Positions 27,076-37,576 of a DNA stretch of 64,000 nucleotides are shown here, piece by piece. Source of the DNA: a phage; NCBI GenBank assembly GCA_011911785.1, contig GCA_011911785.1_4084.1; one strand, 5' to 3'. The notes beneath the pieces are model-generated. The model was not told where the DNA came from. It searched no databases and saw nothing but the letters and a program-made list of their open reading frames with translations. Both the position numbers and the translations under genes were made by a program. Numbering within the stretch: position 1 is the stretch's first letter; each line of letters opens with the position of its first letter.

Positions 27076-30000
27076 TTAAGCAGTACGTTGAGCAATAAAC
27101 ATATCTACTACTGGACTGTATCCATCATAAATCAACTGAACGATACTCACTCCACCTGGATTTGTGTTAATTTCACCACCAACGTTTGCATAAGTTCCGT
27201 CCCAATCAAAACTATGTCCACCAGTTGTATCTTGTGCGACATAGATATAATAAGAACCAGCTTTACCACTACCAATTAAACCAGTTATTGGTGTCATCAT
27301 TACGTTTTGATCTAGTGTTATATAATACACATTTGATAGACCATCTGGTGTCCAATTACCACCAACAGCAGCAGTACTTGCAGTAACTTTAGGTGATGGA
27401 GTAACAGCATACTTTTTAGTAGTTACACTTTCAGTTACTAAATCAGCAATATCTGTATGTAGTGTACCTTCAATAGTTACATCTTTAGCAAATGTTGCAT
27501 TTTCAGCAAATGAAGATGTACCAGTAACTGTGATTGCATCAGCAGACGCAGAACCTAGTGTTACAGCACCTTTAAGGTTAGTAGCACCAGTAATTGCTGC
27601 ACCACCCGCAACTACATTGAAGCCACCCGCAGTGATTTCGATACCACCAGTACTAACAGTTAGTTTCTTACCGATAGTAACAACATCAGATAGTGTAGTT
27701 GCACCAGTAACTGCTAGAGTTGTGTTAATCTTAGCACTTGCCATAGTTGCTAGGCCAGAAGTTGTAATAGTTGCAGTAGTTACTGCACCAGACGCACTAA
27801 CGTTTGCACCAGACACATCACCAGTTGTAGTGATTGCACCATCACCAGCGTTGATTGTAGCACCATTAGTTGCAATACCACCTTTCAAAGTACTCAAACC
27901 TTCAGCAGTGATTGTTGAACCAACTGTTAGGGTTGTACCAGCAGCGATAAAGGTTGTAGAAGTTAGAGATTTAACTTCGACTGCACTTGCAGATTGGTCC
28001 AGTGTACCAATAATCTTACCACTAACAGTAAAGTCGCCAGTAGTTACTGCGTTACCATTAACAGTTAGGCTGTTAGCTGTTGAACCTTGTGCACCGAATG
28101 TTGCAGCACGTGCGTGCATATCTTCATCAGTAGTAATATTCTCAACTGCGTGAATTGTGGTATTAGAAGTTAATGAGTTCAGGGAAATATCCTGACCACC
28201 CAAATCTACTGCACCGTTAATATTACCAGCAACAAATAGGTTACTACCAATATAAGTATCACCAACAAATTGGATAGTTTCCGGTCTTGAACTAACTTTA
28301 GGACCGATGATAATACCTTTCGCAGAAATATCAGCTTTAGGCATAGTCACAGTAGAAGCATCAGAGATGTTCACGGATGCACCATTAACAACCAAAGCAC
28401 CACCAACAGTCAAACCAGTAGTTACCGCTGCACTACCAAATGTACCTTTACCAGTTGTGGTAATTGAAGTACCAGTAATGTCACCAGCAGCAGTGATTGC
28501 GGTATTTGCACTAACAGCCAAACCACCAGTTAGAGTGCTTAGACCAGTAACTTCTAGTGTTTCTCTGGATTTCAAGCTTTTCGCATCAACTGGAGTAGTA
28601 GATAGATCCAATGTTCCAGGGTTTAGTGTTCCATTAATGGTAACATCACCAGAAACTGTTAGTGAACTGAGAGCAGCTTCACCAGCGGTTAGTTTTCCAG
28701 TTAGATTTGTAGTACCAGTAACAGCCAAAGCACCACCAGCACTTAGAGCACCAGTAACTTCCGCACTACTTAATGTAGCTTTACCACTTGTTGAAAGAGT
28801 AGTAGTGTTAGTACCACCATTTAGAGTTGAAACACCAGTAACAGTTAGTGTAGTACCAGCAGTTACAGAACCGAGTGCAGTTAAGTTAGCACTTGCATCA
28901 ACACCTTCAACGTTTAGAACAGCAGAACCTAAGTTTAGGCTACCTTCAGGTGTAAATGCACCTTTAACAGTTAGGTCACCAGTAACAACTGCATCACCTG
29001 AAACATCAACACTTGCTAGTGTTGCTTTACCAGAAGTTTGAAGAGTTGCGGATTGAACTTCACCAGTAGTTTTGATTAATGCAGAACCTGCATCAACACC
29101 ACCAGATAGAGTACTTAGTCCAGTAACACCTAATGTTTCACCAATTGTCAAATAACCACCAACAGTTGCATCATTATCAACAGCTACACCAACACCAGTA
29201 GCACTTACTTGGATTGATTTAGAAGTAATTTTACCACCAACATCAACAGTACCATCAAAAGTTGCAGCACCTACAGTATGTAGGGTTGAACTTAGTGTAG
29301 TTGCACCAGAAATTGTTGGAGCACCAGTAATTGTACCAGTAGTTAGAATTAGGTCAGTACCAACAGTAGTACTTGTAGTACTTGCTAATGAGTTAGTTTC
29401 CAAATCAGCATTTGTGATAGTCAAGTTACCATCGATAGTAACGTCATTATCAACTTGTAGTGATTTAACAGTCAAATCAGTTGTACTAAAATCAACGGAA
29501 GTTGCAGTGAAAGCACCTTCAACGTGCAAATCACCAGTAACATCTGTTGGTTTAGCTAGTGTTATTTTATCTCCAGCACTTGTGTATGAACCAGCACTTA
29601 CTGAACCATCAACCACTGCCGCAGCAGCAACTTTCAAGTTTCCAGAAGCAACAGTCAAGCCACCTTTAGCAGTAATACCACCGACGTTTACAGTTACTGC
29701 GTTACCAAATGTTGAAGCACCAGTAACTTCAAGTGCACCAGAAACGGTCGCTTTACCACCGACTGTTGCATCACCAGTAACATTCAATTTACCAGCGGTT
29801 GCTTCAGTACTTGTTAGTTTTGGTAGAATACTTGGTTCAGTATTTTCAGTAACAGTAATAACACCAGAAGAAGTTAGTGATTTAACAGTTAGATCTGCCG
29901 CAGCAGCATTAATTGCACCATCAACAGTTAAGCTTCCACCAATGGTTGCACCTTCAGTTGTTGTTAATGATTTAGAACTGATATCAACTGGGCTTAAATC

Positions 30001-32613
30001 TAATCCACCTTCAGGTGTAAATGTACCTTTAACAGTTAGGTCACCATGTGCAACTGTATCATTTTCTAAATTAATACCATCGGTATTAACAATAGAAGGA
30101 GTAGTTACAGAAACAGCAGAAACAGCAGCCAATGTACTTTCACCAGTAACATTTAATGTAGAAATGTTTGCTGTAGTTACTGTTGCTGTACCAGTTGTAC
30201 TGTTAGTTGTAGTAATATCAGTACTTTGTAATTTTGGTAGAATGTTAGTTCCAGTAGCATCATTACTAATCACAGGACCAGCACTAGTTAAAGATTTAAC
30301 ACTTACATCTGCTGCACTTAAATCTACAGTACCATCAACAGTTAGGTTTCCACCTACATGTGCACTTTCAGATACATCAAGTGTTTTAACAGTTACATCA
30401 GCCGCACTTAGGTCAATAACACCAGCCGTTAAAGTTCCAGTAACATTCAAATCACCACCAACTGATGCATTATGATCTACACTTAGACCAGTTCCGGTTC
30501 CGGTAATTTGTGCGGAAGCTGCGGTCACTTTAGTAGTTGCTGTGATATTTGGGGCAGTGATAGTACCGTCAGATTCAATTGAACCAGTTTCTAATGCATC
30601 AGAACCAACACCAGTAACTTTACCAGTAACTTCAACTTTCAAGCCACTAAAGAGTGCGTTTCCACCAACACTTAGATCAGTCCCCACTGCAACTTCTTCA
30701 GTTGTGGTTACAGAATTAGGTAGAATGTCTAGACCATCAACGTTTGCTTTAATTGCAGCACCAGATAGTGTACCAGTAACGTTTAAATCTTTAACAGTGG
30801 TTGTTTGACCAACAACTTCAAATAAACCATCAACTACCGTGTTACCAACCAATGTGGTAGTACCGTCAACGGTTAGGTTTCCAGATGCAGTTACGTCAAC
30901 ACCTTTAACATTACCAGATGCAGTTACATCTTTAGGAGTAATGTCTTGACCAGCTAGTGTAATACCAGTTGTAGTTCCAGTAACAGTCAAATCAGTTATA
31001 GTTGTGCCTTTTAGAACGGAATCCCCATCAACTGTTAGTGTACCAGAAGCATCTAGATTAACACCACTAATATTACCAGAAGCAGTTACATCTTTAGGTG
31101 TAATATCTTGACCAGAAATGTCAGGAACAAAACCAGTAACTGTACCAGTGAAATTAACGTCTTTGAATTGAGCCTTACCATCCACATCTAGAGTTAATGT
31201 ATTTGGATCTTGTACCGCATTACCAGTTATTTTCAAATAATCAAATAGGTTCAAACCTTTTGCTGTAATACCGTAGGTAGATGCAGATACATCACCAAAT
31301 GTAGCAGTTTTCAGTACTGTTAGATTTGCTGGGGTCATTAATTCGGACTGTACTTCGTTTTGTAGAATTACAGTTGGACGTAAACCAGGAGCAGTATATG
31401 TAAAGTTAACTTTAGCATTCGTGTCTGCTACGTTTCCACCTAAAGTGACAGATTTTAAATTAGCATTCGCAGTTGAACCAACAATATTAGATTCTAGGTT
31501 TAATGCACCTTTTAGTGTAGTTAGTTTTTCAACAACTAAATTATCCGCAGTAATATCACTTAGTACAAAGTTACCTGATAGTGTTCCAGTAATATCCAAA
31601 TCACCAACAGTAGTTTTACCAGTAATATTAGTAGTTCCATCAACTTGTAGGTCAGTTAATTGTGTTTTACCTTTAGTTACACGTAGAATTGGTGTGGTTG
31701 GATCTTGTATTGAGTTACCAGAAAGTGTTAGGTAATCAAATAGGTTCAAACCTTTTGCGGTAATACCATTGGTTGCTGCTGATACATCACCAAATGTAGC
31801 AGTTTTAAGTACTGTTAGATTTGCTGGAGTCATTAGCTCTGACTGTACTTCGTTTTGCAGAATTACAGTTGGGCGTAATCCTGGAGCAGTGTATGCAAAG
31901 CCTAGGCGTGCAGTCGAGTCCGCTGCATTAGAACCCAAAGATACAGCTTTTAGGTTTGCTACAGTATTAGTACCAATGATGTTTGATTCTAGGGTTACAG
32001 CACCTTTTAATGTAGATAGTTTTTCAACAACTAAATTATCGGTATTAACATCCCCTAATGTGAAATCACCATCTAATTTACCAGTTACAGTTAGATTCTC
32101 AACGGTTGCACCAGTTGCAGTAATATCAGTTGCTGATACAGTTGCAATGGTTGCTTCATTAGCAGTTAATTTATCAAAGCTTGCAGTGGTTGCTGCCGCA
32201 GCAGTGAGGTTACCATTTAATGTTGTTGTACCATTAACTTCTAATGCAGAAGTGGTGGTATCTTGAAAAATTGCTTTTCCTGATGTTTGTGTAATATCTT
32301 TGGCAAAAGTAGAAGTGCCATTAAAAGTAGCATTGGAATTAATAGTTGCTGTATCGGAACCAGCAGTAGTATTACCAATAACTGTATTGCCAAGTACATC
32401 CATTCCACCCTTAAGTGACGCTTTGCCTGTAACATCGAGTGTTGTGTTGATTGTTGCTTGATCTACTGTAATTGCAGTGAAGGTAGCATCAGCGAAACTA
32501 ACGGTCCCCTTAATGGTTACGTTTTTATCGAAGACCGCATTACCTTTAACTGATAATTCTTTACCAACATTAGTATTACCAGTTACTGCTAGATCTGTTT
32601 TTATCGAGTACAT
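27076..32613 (-). CDS. Giant repetitive tail fibre/adhesin-like protein (1845 aa)
   Basis: ORF track; T/G/S/V/A-rich beta-strand repeats, internal tandem duplications. Confidence 0.6.
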   Translation of the reverse strand: MYSIKTDLAVTGNTNVGKELSVKGNAVFDKNVTIKGTVSFADATFTAITVDQATINTTLDVTGKASLKGGMDVLGNTVIGNTTAGSDTATINSNATFNGTSTFAKDITQTSGKAIFQDTTTSALEVNGTTTLNGNLTAAAATTASFDKLTANEATIATVSATDITATGATVENLTVTGKLDGDFTLGDVNTDNLVVEKLSTLKGAVTLESNIIGTNTVANLKAVSLGSNAADSTARLGFAYTAPGLRPTVILQNEVQSELMTPANLTVLKTATFGDVSAATNGITAKGLNLFDYLTLSGNSIQDPTTPILRVTKGKTQLTDLQVDGTTNITGKTTVGDLDITGTLSGNFVLSDITADNLVVEKLTTLKGALNLESNIVGSTANANLKSVTLGGNVADTNAKVNFTYTAPGLRPTVILQNEVQSELMTPANLTVLKTATFGDVSASTYGITAKGLNLFDYLKITGNAVQDPNTLTLDVDGKAQFKDVNFTGTVTGFVPDISGQDITPKDVTASGNISGVNLDASGTLTVDGDSVLKGTTITDLTVTGTTTGITLAGQDITPKDVTASGNVKGVDVTASGNLTVDGTTTLVGNTVVDGLFEVVGQTTTVKDLNVTGTLSGAAIKANVDGLDILPNSVTTTEEVAVGTDLSVGGNALFSGLKVEVTGKVTGVGSDALETGSIESDGTITAPNITATTKVTAASAQITGTGTGLSVDHNASVGGDLNVTGTLTAGVIDLSAADVTVKTLDVSESAHVGGNLTVDGTVDLSAADVSVKSLTSAGPVISNDATGTNILPKLQSTDITTTNSTTGTATVTTANISTLNVTGESTLAAVSAVSVTTPSIVNTDGINLENDTVAHGDLTVKGTFTPEGGLDLSPVDISSKSLTTTEGATIGGSLTVDGAINAAAADLTVKSLTSSGVITVTENTEPSILPKLTSTEATAGKLNVTGDATVGGKATVSGALEVTGASTFGNAVTVNVGGITAKGGLTVASGNLKVAAAAVVDGSVSAGSYTSAGDKITLAKPTDVTGDLHVEGAFTATSVDFSTTDLTVKSLQVDNDVTIDGNLTITNADLETNSLASTTSTTVGTDLILTTGTITGAPTISGATTLSSTLHTVGAATFDGTVDVGGKITSKSIQVSATGVGVAVDNDATVGGYLTIGETLGVTGLSTLSGGVDAGSALIKTTGEVQSATLQTSGKATLASVDVSGDAVVTGDLTVKGAFTPEGSLNLGSAVLNVEGVDASANLTALGSVTAGTTLTVTGVSTLNGGTNTTTLSTSGKATLSSAEVTGALSAGGALAVTGTTNLTGKLTAGEAALSSLTVSGDVTINGTLNPGTLDLSTTPVDAKSLKSRETLEVTGLSTLTGGLAVSANTAITAAGDITGTSITTTGKGTFGSAAVTTGLTVGGALVVNGASVNISDASTVTMPKADISAKGIIIGPKVSSRPETIQFVGDTYIGSNLFVAGNINGAVDLGGQDISLNSLTSNTTIHAVENITTDEDMHARAATFGAQGSTANSLTVNGNAVTTGDFTVSGKIIGTLDQSASAVEVKSLTSTTFIAAGTTLTVGSTITAEGLSTLKGGIATNGATINAGDGAITTTGDVSGANVSASGAVTTATITTSGLATMASAKINTTLAVTGATTLSDVVTIGKKLTVSTGGIEITAGGFNVVAGGAAITGATNLKGAVTLGSASADAITVTGTSSFAENATFAKDVTIEGTLHTDIADLVTESVTTKKYAVTPSPKVTASTAAVGGNWTPDGLSNVYYITLDQNVMMTPITGLIGSGKAGSYYIYVAQDTTGGHSFDWDGTYANVGGEINTNPGGVSIVQLIYDGYSPVVDMFIAQRTA
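31205..32060. repeat. Internal tandem duplication (~494-bp period, 2 copies) inside the 1845-aa fibre gene
   Basis: tcaaataggttcaaaccttttgc...gtactgttagatttgctgg...cttcgttttg recurs at ~31241 and ~31735 with high identity; protein segments TAPGLRPTVILQNEVQSELMTPANLTVLKTATFGDVSA duplicated. Confidence 0.7.
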
Positions 32614-32687
32614 TCATTTCCCTCCATTTGGGTAAAATTAAAATACTTATTAACTGTGTTAATATGTAATTATTTATTTGTATATAT

Positions 32688-32720
32688 GAAAAAGCCAGGC
32701 ACTAAGACATCATACCTGGC
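32688..32720 (-). terminator. Candidate terminator on minus strand
   Basis: Stem gccagg/cctggc at 32695-32720 with long loop, U-run on minus strand. Confidence 0.4.
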
Positions 32721-32727
32721 ATAAATC

Positions 32728-33630
32728 TTATTTCCCAGCGATAACAATCTTACCACTGAATTGTTCATCAGATACAAAAGTAACATTACCATCTGTATCA
32801 ATTTGTGTATCCACGAATACCAAATCAAACGGTGCAGATGCTGTTGAACCAGGTACATCATTACCATAGATTGCCACGTACAAAGAATCAGGACTTTGTT
32901 TATGTGTATCAGCAGTGACAGTGTAAGTGAATTTATCAGCAGCAGCAATCCAGTCTGCTTTGTTAATCAATTTTCCGTATGGGGTAGTCATAGCGGTTGC
33001 TCCTATAATATTAACTTTAACCTCAGTAATACCATCTGGGAGGCCAAGCATTTTAATTGTAATATCCCCAAATCCAGACACTGTAATTTCGGAATTAACC
33101 ACACTACGAATATTTGGATTACCGTCTGTTGGTGTATCTTCCATTTGAACTAAAATGTCACGACCACGGTCATGTTGTGATTCAGGAATGGTATATGTAT
33201 ATTCATCGACTGTTCCAGGAATAAGAACAAATGCTGCAACTGGGACAGAGAATGAAGTTACATAAGGACTATCGGTTACTGGACCACCACCATTAAATGG
33301 TTTCCAAATCCCAAGGTCTTTAATATATATTTGAACGATGTTGGTTGCATCAACCATAAAATAAACATCACCATCAGTTCCTAGTGTATCAGCAGGAGCG
33401 ATATCACCACGCAAAATACCACTTGCACCACTACCACCATGAGCATTAAAATATGCTAAGGTTACTAGGTGTGTGTTTGCGGTTGGGTCACCAGCAGAAA
33501 CCGGAAGAAGTCTTGTTCCAGAATAATCTTGGATTTGCACAATATCACCATTTGTTGTGAATTGTGCACCATTTTTACCTAGAATAAATTTCTTCTTCAA
33601 AGTTCCTTCTAAATTAGAAAAAACTGCCAT
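32728..33630 (-). CDS. Receptor-binding tail fibre/spike protein (300 aa) sharing N-terminal adaptor with next gene
   Basis: N-terminus MAVFSNLEGTLKKKFILGKNGA nearly identical to that of 33648..35819. Confidence 0.5.
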   Translation of the reverse strand: MAVFSNLEGTLKKKFILGKNGAQFTTNGDIVQIQDYSGTRLLPVSAGDPTANTHLVTLAYFNAHGGSGASGILRGDIAPADTLGTDGDVYFMVDATNIVQIYIKDLGIWKPFNGGGPVTDSPYVTSFSVPVAAFVLIPGTVDEYTYTIPESQHDRGRDILVQMEDTPTDGNPNIRSVVNSEITVSGFGDITIKMLGLPDGITEVKVNIIGATAMTTPYGKLINKADWIAAADKFTYTVTADTHKQSPDSLYVAIYGNDVPGSTASAPFDLVFVDTQIDTDGNVTFVSDEQFSGKIVIAGK

Positions 33631-33647
33631 TTTGAAATATCTCCTTA

Positions 33648-35819
33648 TTATGGAAGTGTAATGTATGTAATTGGGGATTCGGCTAACAATGGAGTCCCAT
33701 CAGGGAAAGCAGTTTTTATTTCGTCTGCTATATCAATGCAAAATACCGAGTTGACCACGTATGTAGCTCGTGTTATATGAGTGTGGAGATCAGTCCCATT
33801 TTCACCAGCACCAGGAATTACAATTCTTGTACCTGCTGCTTTAGCATATTGGTTTGTACCCCATGCAGTGTTATGTGTTCTAATAGTTTTAGCACCAACT
33901 ACTGCTGCTTTAAGCTGTTCATATTTTCCTACGAATGCACCAGCTACTGTTACTACATATTTACCCCCAGATTGTTTGTGTAAAATTGTTCCTTTGGGGA
34001 AATATCTACCACCTGGGAATTCATCATAAGGTAGATAATATTGCTCCGTGACTGGTATCAGTACTGGGCCACGGTGACCAGTTCCATCTATTTCAGTTGT
34101 TACCGTGAAGTTATTACCAGATTGATCTATTCTATCAACATACATTCGTGAGAATGAATAATTTGATATATTAGCGTCATCTTGAACTATATTACCAATC
34201 CAACTGGTATATGTATAATTAGTTCTGGTATAAACGCCACCACCTTCACCATCTTGATATTGACCAATTACATCTAAATTTTTTGTATAAATTTTACTGA
34301 ATTTTGATGATGATGGTAATCCACGCCAATATAATTTTTCACAAGTTATATTGTGCATATCAGTTTCGTTAGTCCATGCGTTTGCACCGGATGTGTATAT
34401 TTCTATACTAGATTCAGGAATGAAAACGTTTTGAACTTTAAAATCTTTTGGTGGACCTGCATACCATGCATATTGGTGTGTTGCATCAGCAGGGTTAACA
34501 CCCCATGTAAATTTAATCATTCTGTTTGTTGGTGCAGTTGCTGGATCATCCAAATAGCGACCAGTTAATCCGTCAACAACAAAATCTTGACATCCATAAG
34601 TGATGATACCTGCGGCAGTTAAGCCAGTTCCAGTTGATATTGTGGTTGATGGAAATGTCTCATTATCTATTATATTAAAATTCTTACCGACTTCAACGTG
34701 TATACATTGACGACAGTTATATACTCTATTTCGAGCAATAGTGAAGTTTTTAACATATTGACTATCTGGAATATCAACTCCATATGGACCTTTACCAGCA
34801 ACACCGATACCGATACCCCAGTTTGATAATGGGATTGGAGCGTTAGTACCATCAACGTTTTCAATATGGTTTCCTTCAATGATTAGACCATCAGTGAAGT
34901 GTCTTGAAACTACGTTTAATTCAATACCATCACCATAGATATCGTGAATATGGTTATATGCATAGCGAGCATATTTTACTATCTCACCACTACCACCTTG
35001 CTGTAGAACACCAAAGTTAACATCGTACATTTCATTGAAACAAAAGTCGAGAATACCTTCTGAAGTTAAATCACGCATAAAGAATGCACAGGTGAATGTT
35101 GTACCATAGAAGCGGTTGAAATAGAACTTACCATTACCACCAGAAAACTGAATATAACTACGAGCAATGTTTGCCCCTTGTATTTTACAGTTGGTTGCTG
35201 ATATCATTGTTTTACCAGTGCCAGTTAATGTGCCACCATACCATTCAATATTTTCAAAATATATTGCTTTGGATAAACGATAAACACCTTTACCTTGTAT
35301 TTGGATATCATGAGCTTTAGCGTAATCAGCACAAGCTTGAACTGCGTCAGTATCATCAGCAATACCATCACCGATAGCACCAAATTCTTCAGGTGTTATA
35401 TAATACAAAGCTTGTTGTAGTGTTCCACCAGAAACCAAACCAATATAATCAGAACCATTAGTACTGGATAATACTTTAGTATTAACATACATTGATTTTA
35501 TCCATGCACCATTCTTCTTAGCGAAAATATCTAGGATACCACCACTTTCTTGGTCTAATTGCAAATAAGTATAATTATTCTTACCAAGACTATTATCTGG
35601 GATTTCATTCCCAAATAATACGGTTGGGTGGTCAGCGAGATACTTTGCAGTAATCGCTGAATTATCATTAATCGGTTCACCAACTTGTACGGGCAATAAG
35701 ATGCTTCCGAAACTATCTGTAATAGACAGGGAATTGTTAGCATAATTAATTAATGCCCCATTTTTACCAAGTATAAACTTGGTTTTCATTGTCCCTTCAA
35801 AGTTAGAAAAAACTGCCAT
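33648..35819 (-). CDS. Tailspike with parallel beta-helix, depolymerase-like (723 aa)
   Basis: N-terminus MAVFSNFEGTMKTKFILGKNGA; central repeats with NHIHDIYGDGIEL, IIEGNHIENVDG, RNRVYNCRQCIHVE typical of pectate-lyase-fold spikes. Confidence 0.6.
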   Translation of the reverse strand: MAVFSNFEGTMKTKFILGKNGALINYANNSLSITDSFGSILLPVQVGEPINDNSAITAKYLADHPTVLFGNEIPDNSLGKNNYTYLQLDQESGGILDIFAKKNGAWIKSMYVNTKVLSSTNGSDYIGLVSGGTLQQALYYITPEEFGAIGDGIADDTDAVQACADYAKAHDIQIQGKGVYRLSKAIYFENIEWYGGTLTGTGKTMISATNCKIQGANIARSYIQFSGGNGKFYFNRFYGTTFTCAFFMRDLTSEGILDFCFNEMYDVNFGVLQQGGSGEIVKYARYAYNHIHDIYGDGIELNVVSRHFTDGLIIEGNHIENVDGTNAPIPLSNWGIGIGVAGKGPYGVDIPDSQYVKNFTIARNRVYNCRQCIHVEVGKNFNIIDNETFPSTTISTGTGLTAAGIITYGCQDFVVDGLTGRYLDDPATAPTNRMIKFTWGVNPADATHQYAWYAGPPKDFKVQNVFIPESSIEIYTSGANAWTNETDMHNITCEKLYWRGLPSSSKFSKIYTKNLDVIGQYQDGEGGGVYTRTNYTYTSWIGNIVQDDANISNYSFSRMYVDRIDQSGNNFTVTTEIDGTGHRGPVLIPVTEQYYLPYDEFPGGRYFPKGTILHKQSGGKYVVTVAGAFVGKYEQLKAAVVGAKTIRTHNTAWGTNQYAKAAGTRIVIPGAGENGTDLHTHITRATYVVNSVFCIDIADEIKTAFPDGTPLLAESPITYITLP

Positions 35820-35832
35820 TAATCAATCCCCC

Positions 35833-36960
35833 TTAGATGTTGTTTTCAATTGGTTGGATTGGTGCTTGCCATGCTAGAGTACAAATTACTTTCATTTGAC
35901 CATAATTACTGTTATTAACTGATTCATTAAAAACACAAGCAATGATTTCATCTTCTGCTGACGGTTCATGGTTTGTTTCATTAACGATAAAGCGTAGTGC
36001 ACGGTTGATATCAAAATAATCAACTGGTGCAATAATAGTACCACCGATATCTTCTTGTGCTTCCCCACCTACACGAATGTGCATTTCAGTTACAGGGTCA
36101 ATATAAGCTTGGGTGATATCAACTTCAATATTAGTTACTACATAACCTGCTGGGCATGTACCGATTACCAATACTGCGTTGGTCCATGAATGATCAATCG
36201 TGTTTACAACGATAATTGAATCTTTACCATTCTGACCCGGATCACCTTGCTTACCTTCTGGACCAGGTTCACCATCTTTACCACGGAACTCAATACCTTC
36301 ACTCCATTCTTTTGTTGGAGGGGTGGTTTGCTTATTAATATCTACGTAATATAGTTTTCCATCAGTCGTGTTATAGAAGCAATAATCTTCTGGTAAGTTA
36401 TCAATACTTGGGAAAGCAGGACCATCACTGTCAATATGGAAACGACCACGTGGACCTTGTTCACCACGGAAATCAATACCATTACTCCATGAACCAGCTT
36501 TTTGATTATAAAAATACACTTTACCATCGGAAGTATTATAGAAAGTGTATTGGTCAAATAGACCAGTGGTTGGGAAAACAGGACCAGAAGAATCAATTTT
36601 AAATGATTTACCTGGTGCACCAGTATCACCTTTACCAAATTCTACTGTGTTCCAAGTACTTGGTGCTACACCAGCATCATTTGTTTTAAAATATAGTTTT
36701 GCAGTTCCATTTGCTAGACTTAAATAACACCAACCTTCTGGTTTATCAACTGCAAATGTACCGTCTGGTATTTCCATACCAACATCATCAGGATAGAAAT
36801 TTTTACCATTAGTACCGTCATGTCCAACGACTAGACCCAAATCTTGTATTGTATTATCAGCGAATGTTACAATCAAATGACCAGCAGAGTTAATTACTAA
36901 ACTCTTAATACCAGAATTGTTACATGAACCGCCAGACCCATTGTTGAATGAAATTGTCAT
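35833..36960 (-). CDS. Tail fibre protein with short collagen-like Gly-X-Y segments (375 aa)
   Basis: GEQGPRGRF, GKDGEPGPEGKQGDPGQNGKD. Confidence 0.5.
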   Translation of the reverse strand: MTISFNNGSGGSCNNSGIKSLVINSAGHLIVTFADNTIQDLGLVVGHDGTNGKNFYPDDVGMEIPDGTFAVDKPEGWCYLSLANGTAKLYFKTNDAGVAPSTWNTVEFGKGDTGAPGKSFKIDSSGPVFPTTGLFDQYTFYNTSDGKVYFYNQKAGSWSNGIDFRGEQGPRGRFHIDSDGPAFPSIDNLPEDYCFYNTTDGKLYYVDINKQTTPPTKEWSEGIEFRGKDGEPGPEGKQGDPGQNGKDSIIVVNTIDHSWTNAVLVIGTCPAGYVVTNIEVDITQAYIDPVTEMHIRVGGEAQEDIGGTIIAPVDYFDINRALRFIVNETNHEPSAEDEIIACVFNESVNNSNYGQMKVICTLAWQAPIQPIENNI

Positions 36961-37069
36961 AATTATTCCCTTTATGAATTGTTATCATATAGGAATATTT
37001 ATCTGTTCAATGCAGCAACGAAGACCAATAATAAATAAATGAAAGTTCACTACACAAAAGGGCTTAACA

Positions 37070-37567
37070 ATGGCTTTAAGATCAAAGAATTTTCTTTTCA
37101 AACGCAAAGGAAAAGATGGAGCTATTCAGGATTTTCCAGATTCTGATAGTTGGTATCCATCAAATGACGATTATCACTGGAACGAAGTGACATTACCAAT
37201 GGCAAGCGGTGGCTACTATGGTAGTACAACTGGTCTACATACAATTTCCTTCACATTACGTGAATTTATTGGAAGAATTTATGTGTTAGCAACATTAGCT
37301 AGTAACCCAACTGATGATGATTGGTTCCCGATTAAATTTACCGAATCATGTAATTATTATCTGGAATTTACTGATACCAGAATTTACAACCCAAATAATG
37401 GCGATAGTATGCTTGAGCATGGTACAACTGGCACATTTGCAGAAACACTAACTGGTAATTTTACATATTTGAAAGTTGGTATCGACCGTAATTACATTAG
37501 TCAGAATCCAACTGATATTCAAAAGAGTATGGCTGGAAAAATTGAAGAAATTTTAATAAACTTTTAA
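37070..37567 (+). CDS. Hypothetical protein (165 aa)
   Basis: ORF track. Confidence 0.5.
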   Translation: MALRSKNFLFKRKGKDGAIQDFPDSDSWYPSNDDYHWNEVTLPMASGGYYGSTTGLHTISFTLREFIGRIYVLATLASNPTDDDWFPIKFTESCNYYLEFTDTRIYNPNNGDSMLEHGTTGTFAETLTGNFTYLKVGIDRNYISQNPTDIQKSMAGKIEEILINF

Positions 37568-37576
37568 GGATTGGAA

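Noticed and set aside
27530-32266. Several + strand ORFs (e.g. 27530-28153, 28307-29041, 29414-30475, 31769-32266) with Pro/Val/Ala/Thr-rich translations
   Set aside because: They lie antisense within the 1845-aa repetitive fibre gene; low-complexity shadow ORFs expected from repetitive codons on the opposite strand
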